Source: Pseudogymnoascus verrucosus (Eukaryota). Taken from it: DNA of 64,000 bases. Positions 46,099 through 56,259 of the stretch are shown piece by piece (within the stretch, counting starts at the first letter, position 1; each line of letters begins with the position of its first letter). Location: NCBI GenBank assembly GCA_001662655.1, contig KV460220.1. The stretch is one strand, 5' to 3'. A program made the translations under genes and the position numbers. A model generated the notes under the pieces. The model was not told the origin of the DNA, searched no databases, and saw only the letters and a program-made list of their open reading frames with translations.

Positions 46099-48443
46099 TT
46101 AATGGTCGTACCCAGCGCCGCGCTGCCACGGACTACTATAAACCGTTAGCATCAGTGACCGGACAAGAGAGGAAACAAATGCAAAACTCACCTCGGGGTA
46201 TTCTGATCCCTCACCCCCCCAAGCGGACTCGCATTGTTCGCACGGCTATAACCCCCCTGGCTCGAGGCCAGAGACGTTCCACTCCCCCTCGCCCCAGCTC
46301 TTCCCATAAACTGTGGCGTTGGTGACGGACCCATGCGCGTACTAGCTGCGAGAGGCACATCACTATTGTGCCTCGACTCTGCCGCCAACGACCCCTGATA
46401 TACGCGCTTCTCATCAAATGGGCTCCCACGGCCGTCGTAGGAGTTCGCCGTTGATGGAGGGAGGCCGATGTTTGCAGGGTGGTGACGGATCGAGTCCGAT
46501 TCAAAGGAGTCGTCGTCGAGGTCGAGTCCGGGCTTGAAGCCGCCCTTCATCTCGCCGCGGGCCGTGGCACCGAGGGCATCAAGCTCCGTCGACAGTGCGG
46601 TTTGGGACTTGATGAAAGATGCGCGGTCGTCAGACATGGTTTGGTAGCGTGTGTCTGGGTTCTTGCGCGTGGAGGCGAGGATGGTGGAGACGATGACGAG
46701 GACGAGGAGGACAAAGGCGAAGGCAGCGTTGACAACGAAGAAAACGACGCCGATGACACCTGTAACGATGGCAGGCTGACCGAAGATGTCTGAGAAGAAG
46801 ATCAAGCAGACTGCGTTGAAGAGGTTAATGGAGCAGATCGAGATGTTGACCGTGTTAGTGCTCTTGTCCATCCAAGGCTTGAGGACGCTCGCGGCGACAA
46901 GCACGCCGGCTTCGATGATTAGAAGACCGATGGCTTGCGCACTGCCGCTGCGCTGGCCAAGCGCAATGAACATGCCTTTAACGAGGATGTAAACCAGGGT
47001 TGGTATGATGTAGTAGTATGCCGTTGCGCGGAACTGGATGTATAGGAAGCCCCATCTGTTCAGCGACGTTGGGTCGGAGTAGAGCATGTACGCGGGGTTG
47101 TTGTGCATAGCTTTCGAGCGGCGCCCGATCAGGACCACCTTGGAAGCTGCCCAGGCCAGAATACCTGTCATCCCGAAGAAGAAGATGACGGCTAGGGTGA
47201 CCTCAGCAGGCGAATCGGCCTTGGTGAATTCCCAGAGACAGAGGATCGTCATCTGCGGATATCCAATGAGGACCATGCGGTACATAATCCCCTTTAGGAC
47301 GACCTTCCAGCCATTGCGGAAGTCCTCGAACTTGTCGCTCTTCATCCACTTAGACTTGACAGCAAGCTCACAGAAGCCCTTAAAGGCCACAACGCCTAGG
47401 GTCGTGGCAGCTAGGAAGAAGCAGAAGAACATGAGACCAGTAAGAAACACATTTGTCGCCTCCATACCAGCGCGGAACGCCACCCGGTCAATGCCCCTGA
47501 CAGTGTAAGTCCCAGTAATGGGGTTAGCGACATTCTGGTTAGTTGCTCGCTTTAAGATGGAAACGCCGCTGGAGTTCTCCTCTGCAGCCAACGTCAGTGA
47601 GCGCCTCAAGACGTGGACAGACGTTGTCGTGAGGGAGTTGAGGATCGTAGCTGGCGTTCCTCCAGTCGACTTCTGGTACCACGACGCAATACGCTGCATG
47701 AATTCCACGCCGATGATGCCCATGGTCCACTGGAAGTTCTGGGTCCACGACTGAGCCATTGGCGGGAGTGGGACCGATGACATTCCGACTATAGCAATGG
47801 CCTGGAAGTAACCGAAGAGCGAGAGTGCATATGCGGCAATGTGCGCAGCGGTGTTGGAGTGGCCCAATCCTGCAATCACAGCCGATATCACGAGAGCCAA
47901 ACCAGCAACACCAGCAGTGGCCCAGCTGACACCGTTCTGATCAACCGTTTTACCATTCGATAGTTGCGCCTCGACGCAGGCCGAGATCACGCCGGGGTTT
48001 GTTTTCGACTCAAAGTTGATCTTGACGGTCGCGTCAAGATCGGGCACGGTGTACGCGATAAACGGGACATTCTTCACAACATCCTCACTAACGGTGTAAT
48101 GTGTAGTGAAGGGCATCGGGCCGGGTTGCATCGTGCACAAGCCAATCAGCTCCTTGGTGGTGCATGGGTCGATGGAGGTTTTTATAATGACATAGCCGTA
48201 CGCGGCCACCTCGATCACGAGGGTGAAGTTTCCGGTGAGCGTGGAGGTGCCGTCCACGTCGAAAGCGATGGTGCGGTTGTCGGGCGTGAAGGCGACATTG
48301 AACAGCTTGGCTGTGAAGTTCGAGTTGTCGATGCATTCGCTGAGGGATGTGGATGCGAGGAGCCGCTCCGCCGATGCCGTGCTGGCGATGAAGGAGATGA
48401 GGGCGATGAGGGTGGTGAGTGGGGAGAGCTTTGCGAAGCGCAT
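46099..48443 (-). CDS. FLC-family (flavin carrier / TRP-like, Pkd2-related) membrane protein
   Basis: Signal peptide, ML-like TRP_N domain, ACVEAQLSNGKTV, SWTQNFQWTMG, WGFLYIQFR, PWMDK. Final mini-exon SPWQRGAGYDH* after an intron at ~46133-46191. Confidence 0.92.
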
Positions 48444-49285
48444 GATGGGCGATTCTGTCGGGGCAAACGAGTGTGAGCAATAGTTGCTGGTTGAATGTTG
48501 TTGGTAGTCGGCAAGACTCGAGAAGTCGGGTCAACAAGACGTCGTTGTTGTCGCCGTCGTTGTCGCCGTCGCCGTTGCCGTCGCTGTCGTGAAGATAAGT
48601 CTCTTTATGCGCACTTGACTACCATAGTAGCTTCTTCATTCCTTGGCTACTCCTTGCATCGTTTGTTCGGGCTTCTTCGTGATTGTTGTATTGTATGGAT
48701 GATGATGATGATGATGATGGATTTAAAGAAGACTCCTTGGCGATGGACTACCGTCTTCCCTCCATGTCCGCAAATACATGTGTATAGTGTGGAGTAATAC
48801 TTGTAGTGCAGTCAGTGAACATCCGCATACGCAACGCTGACTGCGCCCCAATAATCCTTCTCCGGCTTTAGCGGATGTGCCCTGTATTGACCCTGTATCG
48901 GCCCTGTATTTCTGGCTTCCGTGTGGCTAGATCCAAGTTTAGCAGTCTGGATCAGAGCGGGGTGTGGTTCGTATTGGCGCTTGGCGCAATTTTAGCATTT
49001 TAGCTGGACCCTATGAAGGATCGGCCTTCTGACAGGGAGGGGAAAGGATGTCAGCAGGGGTCACGTGCGATGAACGAGCATAAATATAGCACGTGACCTC
49101 ATATTATTGTTGTTCTTGTGATATGGTCACATGACCACTCACCACTTCACCACAATTTTATAAATAGAGGGCGTGAGATGAGATGTAAGTGTGCAAGCAT
49201 ATCTTTAATTATAAGAGCTTTACTACAGTATACTACAGTGTATAGCACCGATTTATAATAACCAATTCACTGACCTAGTCCTCCC

Positions 49286-50881
49286 TTACTCAACTACATC
49301 CAAGGTATTGATAACATATCCCTGAAACTTCCTGGCCGAAACCTTGCTCTCAAAGAGAATATCCAATTCCATGTACGTCCTGCCCTTGGTCTCAGGCAAC
49401 CTGAAATACGCCCACACGAGGCAACACAAGCTCATTGACGCAGCCGGGAACGCAGCAATGCCTTTGAGATTTCCCTGCTTTGGATTGAGCATGTACGGTG
49501 CCACAACCGCGCTGATAATAACCATTATATAGCAACTGTTTCGCGCCAATCCGAGAGTCTTGCTGCGCAGGCGACTCGACGATATTTCACTCGCGATGAC
49601 GAATGGGATTGGCCCAACGCTAAGGCCGTAGGTTCCAAACCAGACGAGCAGGAGGACACACTGCGCCCATGCAATGCTGCCTGTGCTTGGTGCGAGAGCG
49701 AGGAATCCCACGATCCACATGATCACGGTCATTACTGCGAGGCCGCAGAGGAAGATCTTTCGTCGTCCGATGTAGGCTTGCAGGAACCAAGAGATGGCTG
49801 TCCCGACAAAGGCGATGCTATAGGTGCCTAGCGCGAGCTTATACGAGTCGCCTGGCGACAGGCCGGCAAGTGTGAAGAAGTAAGTGATGTAGGCCTGTAT
49901 GGCGAAACCAGAGAAGACCTGTGTGGTCCAGGCTAGGCAGGCGATCTCTGTGCGGCGGAAATCCGTGCCCTTGAAGCAGTCGAGGTAACTGCTACCGGCG
50001 CTCACTTCCTTTTCGTGTTGGTTGGTATAGATGATCATGTCCAGATTCCGTTTGACATGGATATTATCTTCATCGTTGAATTCAGACAGGCGTGATAGAG
50101 CGTGTTCGGCGTCTTTGAAACGTCCCTGGCGTACTAGCCACCAAGGAGAGTCAGGCGCAAACCAGAGGATGAAGAAGAGTGGAACAGGCCAGACCCATTG
50201 CACGGCAAAGGGGATCCTGTACGACCATTCCGTGGGGTTTGATATCAAGCCATCAAGGACACCGGCTGCGATTATATGGCCAATGACCCAGCAGAGGTTA
50301 ACGAATGTGGTGAGGTAGCCCCGAAGAACCGTGGGGCAGACTTCTGCAGCATACGACGGCGCGAGGATGCCAAAGAAGCCCCATGGGAGTCCGCACAAGA
50401 CTTCACCCACGAAGAGGACCTCGATGTTTGGCGCGAAGAAAGTGATGAAGATAAAGGCCGTCATTAGCGCATACGAGGCGAGCAACAATTTCTTGTGTCC
50501 AAATCTATCGACCAAGATTCCGTTGGCGAAGATGCCAATCATGATACCGATGTTCGCGCCTGCGGTGAGGCCCACCTGCCAGGGCGCGGCAATGGAATAT
50601 TTGCCGTTTGGGAGTTGTTCGCCGTACTTCTTCTGAAAGGTTGGATAGGCGTAGAAGGAGCCGATGATCTGGATGTCGTAGCTCTCCATGACTGTGGCCA
50701 TGGACACAATGACGGACCAGGCCACGGCTTTTCGATAGATTTTCATGGCCTGCCAAAAGGTCAGATCGTGCTCGGCCTCAGTGGCAAGGCGTGCATTTTC
50801 GCCCACGACCTTGCTAGAGGACCCGAGTGCTGCGTCTCCATGGTCCGTTAGGACTTCCGTCTTCTCCTTTGTGGTGTCCAT
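49286..50881 (-). CDS. MFS sugar porter (alpha-glucoside/maltose permease-like clade)
   Basis: Intronless. MESYD, DRFGHK, YAAEVCPTVLRGYLT, YRIPFAVQW, PDSPWWLVR, DCFKGTDFRRTEI, LPETKGRT. First in-frame ATG at 50881. Confidence 0.92.
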   Translation of the reverse strand: MDTTKEKTEVLTDHGDAALGSSSKVVGENARLATEAEHDLTFWQAMKIYRKAVAWSVIVSMATVMESYDIQIIGSFYAYPTFQKKYGEQLPNGKYSIAAPWQVGLTAGANIGIMIGIFANGILVDRFGHKKLLLASYALMTAFIFITFFAPNIEVLFVGEVLCGLPWGFFGILAPSYAAEVCPTVLRGYLTTFVNLCWVIGHIIAAGVLDGLISNPTEWSYRIPFAVQWVWPVPLFFILWFAPDSPWWLVRQGRFKDAEHALSRLSEFNDEDNIHVKRNLDMIIYTNQHEKEVSAGSSYLDCFKGTDFRRTEIACLAWTTQVFSGFAIQAYITYFFTLAGLSPGDSYKLALGTYSIAFVGTAISWFLQAYIGRRKIFLCGLAVMTVIMWIVGFLALAPSTGSIAWAQCVLLLVWFGTYGLSVGPIPFVIASEISSSRLRSKTLGLARNSCYIMVIISAVVAPYMLNPKQGNLKGIAAFPAASMSLCCLVWAYFRLPETKGRTYMELDILFESKVSARKFQGYVINTLDVVE

Positions 50882-51013
50882 ATCTGCTGCCCGCTCCAAG
50901 CGCTTGTTTTTTTTTAAAAATAGAGGGGGAACCGCATGTTAATTAAGCTTCGAGATTTCTTAGACAGCCGCGCAAGCTGTCAAACGTCAACATGATCAAT
51001 ATCAAACTAGTCC

Positions 51014-51023
51014 ATGGCGCCAT
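51014..51023. promoter_or_regulatory. ATGGCGCCAT palindrome, matching the CYS3/MetR (sulfur-starvation bZIP) consensus ATGRYRYCAT
   Basis: Perfect 10-bp palindrome in the divergent promoter of the sugar porter and the sulfatase. Confidence 0.55.
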
Positions 51024-51929
51024 ATGGAGGATTCTCACCCAGCCATGTGGAAACAGATACTGAACTCACCAGCAGGTTACATTAACATTGCTTCTGTGCC
51101 GCAAATGTAACCATACTATATAGGGGCTCGTAGGTCAATTAGGCATTTCTACTCTCACCACCAATAACAGATCAACCATCTATCTCAATCCAGCAACAGA
51201 GTTGCGGCTCGACGAATCAATCCAGATGCTGCACAGAGGGCCCCACAGTTGCTGTGGCCGTCGGCTATCGGCTCGCGTCGCCTTGCGACTCCGGGGTGCA
51301 TCCCAGCCGATTTCCGCAATAACATCATCCGACGTTGTGGGTGATATCAGTGTGTCCCCATTATTTTTTACCACACAAACCCACAACTTGTATTTAGTTT
51401 TTATAAATCACATCTCGTAACTACTTACTCTTTAACTTTAATATTTCGGATAAACAGTGTTTTCACTTTGAATGCCACAACCGGGAAAGGGGAATATGAA
51501 ATTTTAGGGTGGAAGGCGTCTTATTCTAAGATTCATACCTATATTACATGCCCCACAAAATATTTACTTATGGAGTAGTAGTATAGTAATTAACATCACA
51601 CAATAAACTCCTGTAACTTTTCTTTTTGATTCAGCTCCTACAGCTCTTATCATTTCACTGTTTCGTGGTTACTGTGTCGTTCGTTGCAAAGTTCCAACCC
51701 GTATCATGTGGGCTTTGATAGTTTAGGCTAGCAACGTCAAAAGCAACATCAAAAGCAACATCAACAGCAACGTGGTTACGGTTATGGAACCTGGACACCC
51801 CCGCTCTAGATAGCCTTTTTTGGCGCTAGTATGCTGGTGCTATAATAGTGCAACTTACCCGACTGCGCCGGGCTGTCATATATCGCATAGGGTTCTCCCC
51901 GTCAAGGTTGTACTTACAGTTTAGTATAG

Positions 51930-51997
51930 TACGTGTGCTGCCTATCATTTTCGTCCTCTACATTACGTGTGCTGCCTATCATTTTCGTCCTCTACAT
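51930..51997 (+). repeat. Perfect 34-bp tandem duplication just upstream of the sulfatase start
   Basis: tacgtgtgctgcctatcattttcgtcctctacat at 51930-51963 and at 51964-51997. Confidence 0.95.
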
Positions 51998-52026
51998 TGA
52001 CCTATACAGCCAAGCCCAACCTCAAG

Positions 52027-53544
52027 ATGGCGACCCGTCCCAACATTCTTTTTATCATGGCCGATGACCATGCGTCAAAGGCAATAGGATGCTATGGCGC
52101 GAACATTAACAGCACTCCTAATATGGACCGCATTGCTGAAGAAGGAATGCGGTTCAACCACTGCTATGTCACCAACTCGATCTGCACGCCAAGCAGAGCT
52201 TCAATTTTAACTGGCACCTACAACCACGTCAATGGCGTCGTCACCCTTGCAAGCAAGATAAACAAGCACATACCTAATGTCGCCAAGCACTTACGCACGG
52301 GCGGATATCAAACTGCTATGATCGGAAAATGGCATCTGGGTGAAGGAAGTGATCATGAGCCTACTGGATTTGACTTCTGGTCGGTTGTGTCTGGGCAGGG
52401 CGCGTATCACGATCCGGAGATGATTGAGATGGGCGAGACGCGGTATGAGAAAGGATACGCGACAGACATCATTACAGACAAGTCTCTGGACTGGCTGAAA
52501 AGCCGTGATCAAGACAAGCCGTTTTTCTTAATGTGCCACCACAAAGCACCACATCGGTCTTGGGAGTGTGATCCAAAACACGCAGACCTCTACACGGAAG
52601 ACGTCAAGGTCCCGGAAACTTTTGATGATGACTACAAGAATCGCGCAAAAGCAGCAGCCGAGGCCAAGATCAGGGTAGACACTGATCTAACGTACTTTGA
52701 TCTTGGGCTGGCTCAGCCTGATGGAGGATCTGAGGTTGGCGAATTGATCAGCCTTACATCTACGTTAAGAAAGATCCCAAACCCTGAGGATGTGACAAAA
52801 TTACGCCTCATTGATAAGCAGAGCGGTGAGGTGTTCACGTTTAAGACGAACGCTGAGCTTCGGCATTTCAAATATCAGCGTTATATCAAGCGCTACCTAC
52901 GCACCATTGCCTCGATAGATGATAACGTTGGGAGGATGTTGAAGTACCTTGACGATGAAAACCTGACAAATGACACCGTCGTCATTTATACATCCGACCA
53001 AGGCTTTTTCCTTGGAGATCACGGCTGGTTCGACAAGAGATTCATGTACGAAGAATCTTTCCAGATGCCATTCATGATTCGATATCCACGAGAGATCGCC
53101 AAGGGCAGCGTATGCGACGACATTGTCTGCAACGTCGATTTCGCCTCCACATTCCTAGATCTGGCCGAGCTGCACAAGCCATCTTACATGCAGGGCCGCT
53201 CGTTCCGTAAGATATTGAACGGTAACACGCCAGACGATTGGCAACAGATCGCTTATCACCGCTACTGGATGCACAGAGATGCTGAGCATAACGCGTATGC
53301 GCATTATGGCATTCGTGATCAACAGTATAAGCTGATATACTGGTATAATGAAGGTTATGACCTTCCTGGTACGTCTGCTGGAGGACAGCCAAGAGAGTGG
53401 GAGCTTTTCGATTGTGAGAAGGATCCTCTGGAACTGTTTAACGTCTTTGGACAATCTCAGTATACGGAGGTTGCCAAGAGGATGATTGCTCAATTAGACG
53501 ATAAGATGAGGGAGATTGGGGATGAACCGGAGCATATACCTTGA
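52027..53544 (+). CDS. Cys-type formylglycine sulfatase, bacterial-type N-acetylglucosamine-6-sulfatase-like (S1_11-like), no signal peptide
   Basis: MATRPNILFIMADDH, signature CTPSRASILTG, GYQTAMIGKWHLG, HHKAPHRSW, YTSDQGFFLGDHGWFDKRFMYEES, WELFD..KDPLE. Single exon. Confidence 0.88.
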   Translation: MATRPNILFIMADDHASKAIGCYGANINSTPNMDRIAEEGMRFNHCYVTNSICTPSRASILTGTYNHVNGVVTLASKINKHIPNVAKHLRTGGYQTAMIGKWHLGEGSDHEPTGFDFWSVVSGQGAYHDPEMIEMGETRYEKGYATDIITDKSLDWLKSRDQDKPFFLMCHHKAPHRSWECDPKHADLYTEDVKVPETFDDDYKNRAKAAAEAKIRVDTDLTYFDLGLAQPDGGSEVGELISLTSTLRKIPNPEDVTKLRLIDKQSGEVFTFKTNAELRHFKYQRYIKRYLRTIASIDDNVGRMLKYLDDENLTNDTVVIYTSDQGFFLGDHGWFDKRFMYEESFQMPFMIRYPREIAKGSVCDDIVCNVDFASTFLDLAELHKPSYMQGRSFRKILNGNTPDDWQQIAYHRYWMHRDAEHNAYAHYGIRDQQYKLIYWYNEGYDLPGTSAGGQPREWELFDCEKDPLELFNVFGQSQYTEVAKRMIAQLDDKMREIGDEPEHIP

Positions 53545-54159
53545 AAAATAGTTTACAGACGATGCGGAGGGGCGGTGTAGCAATAATATGCTATTTTGTA
53601 GTAGACCTTTGACGCTGGTGTAAATAGAGTAGCTTCACAAAATATATTATACAACCAACATTTTTATAATATATATATTTGAAATCCCTAGGAAAATGAA
53701 AGAGTCCCAGCAGCAGCACAGTCACAATTCGAAAGGATAAAACGGCCGAGTACGAATGCATAAATAACAAGATCTGTATGAACTTGGGAGGCCGCATTAT
53801 TCACGCTTGATATCCCATTTTTGTCAAACTGACCCGGGGAAGAGGTTGAGACTAGAAGTATGGATGATCCGACTGAGCTGAGCGGATTGATCCTAGATCA
53901 AGACTACGCTACTCTTGTTTTGTGAGGTTGAACTGACCATGCAACGTTACTTATCCGAATCGCGTAATTTGGGGTGTTCTCTGCTTTTTCCTAATTTGGA
54001 TTCAAACAGCCATACGATCGGCGGGCTTGGTAGAGTTGGCAATTATCCTAACTGGGAGATGTCCATAGCATTTGGAGATAAGTTGAGCCGCTCTACCCAT
54101 TTTTAAACAGTCATTGATTTTTATGTTCATATTTCAAATCATTACATACATGTTTCACC

Positions 54160-56026
54160 ATGAAGATATTTGCTTTATTATCACTCGTCTCTCGGGTGAC
54201 AGCAATATGGCCAGCCCCTCAATCTTTCTCTAACGGAAGTTCCGCTGTTTGGCTTGCGGAGGACTTCCTGGTCACATACAATAATCATAATGTAATGTTC
54301 TTGTGAGGGTGTATTTCAACTATCAAGCCGTCTTATTTTCAATGAAGAAACTGATAATTGCGTTCTACTGCAGCTTCACAAACGCACAGAAGAGACAAGA
54401 TCAACAAGAATATCCAGCTTAGAAATTGTCCAGGCGGCCGTAGACAGGGCTCGAAAGTCAATATTCACAGAAAGCTTTGTCCCTTGGAAGTTCTACCCGC
54501 GTAATGAGATTGATAAATTCGAACCACCTGCCAACGGTAAATCAAAAACATATATACGGCAACTCGAGATAACTCAAACCACACCTGACAATTCGGCAAC
54601 ATTCAAGCCTCTCGCGGGACAAGTTGACGAAACTTATAACTTAACAATAGGAGCAGATGGAGTAGCATCCATTACCGCAGTATCCTCAACTGGCGTCCTC
54701 CATGCTCTTGAGACTTTCAAACAACTGTTTTACTTACACTCGGTTAGTGGTACGGCTGGAGTGTATTGCAACCTCGCCCCGGTCAATATCAGAGATGGCC
54801 CAAAGTTTGGCCATCGGGGTGTGAACTTGGATGTTGCTAGAAATTGGTTCCCAAAGGAGACCATCCTTCGAACCATTGACGCCCTTTCCTGGAACAAGTT
54901 CAATCGCTTCCACATCCACATGACAGATGCACAGTCTTGGCCCATAGATATCCCTGCATTGCCAGAGTTGTCAAAAAAAGGCGCGTACCAGACTGGATTA
55001 TCCTATACTCCTCAAGATATCGAGGATATCCAAGTCTACGGCATCTATCGTGGTGTTGAAGTCATCATAGAGATAGATATACCAGGCCATACAACAGCTA
55101 TTGGGTTTTCGCATCCAGAGCTCATTACTGCCTTCCGGGAAAAGCTATGGCACAATTACTGCGGCGAGCCACCTTGTGGACAGTTAAAACTTAACTCGAC
55201 CGCCGTATACGACTTTATCACTCAACTATTCGACGATCTTTTGCCCAGAGTTTCTCCTTATTCGGCATACTTCCACACTGGCGGCGACGAAATCGACGCT
55301 CGAGACTATGTTCTGGATGAGACCGTGAAGTCCAACGATACCGCAGTATTAACCCCGTTGATTCAAAAGTTCATTGATCACAGTCATGACCTAGTCAGGA
55401 AAGCCGGCCTCGCACCAATTGTTTGGGAGGAGATGCTTCTCGACTGGAACCTCAAGCTCGGTGATGATGTCGTGGTTCAGACCTGGATCAATAGTGCATC
55501 TCTCGACAAGGTAACCGCGCGTGGACATAAAGCTCTCTTCGGCAGTAACGACTTCTGGGTCAGTAACCCCCAAGCCTCCTCAAATAATTTGCGGGTCACT
55601 AACAAGCGACAGTACCTTGCCTGTGGTCACGGACAGTGGTTCAACTTCAACGACGATACCTTCGCTGCCCACTACCCATTCAACGACTTCTGCTCTCCGC
55701 TTAAGAACTGGCGTCTAATGTACTCGTACGACCCAACCGCCAACCTATCTGCCAAACAGGCTGCGTTGGTACTTGGAGGCGAGGTCCACCTCTTCACCGA
55801 GCGGTCTGACCCGTCAAACTTGGATGCGATAATGTGGCCACGCACAGGTGCGGCAGGAGAAGTGATGTGGAGCGGGCGTCAAGATTCGAGCGGGAAGAAT
55901 AGGGGACAGGTTGACGCAGCACGGAGGTTGTCTGATATGAGAGAGAGGATGGTAATAAGGGGGGTTAAGTGTGAACCAATTCAGATGGCATACTGCACAC
56001 AATACGATGGTGACTGCACCTGGTAA
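54160..56026 (+). CDS. Secreted beta-N-acetylhexosaminidase (GH20)
   Basis: Signal peptide then IWPAPQ. HRGVNLDVARNW, HIHMTDAQSWP, EIDIPGH, catalytic HTGGDE, VWEE, MWPR. Introns ~54292-54373 and 55559-55612. Confidence 0.93.
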
Positions 56027-56259
56027 GGGGCCTGGCTCTAGTTGTTAACAGGTGGGACGGGGAGGGGCAGACAAGTTATTAGGGGGCATACTACATTTAC
56101 AGGACATATAGCCATGAATGAACGGAAAATGGGCACTCTGGCTGTCTAGTTTTCTATGAAGACCAGTATCGTTTGTATGGGTGTGAAATATGCATATATA
56201 TTATCCCAGCAATCTATATATTTTTATAGATGGCTTAGCTCATGAGTCTCTTCACCTGC

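Noticed and set aside
49059..49135. GTCACGTG/CACGTGAC sites upstream of the FLC gene
   Set aside because: Plausible Cbf1-type sites, but common in fungal promoters and uninformative without conservation data.
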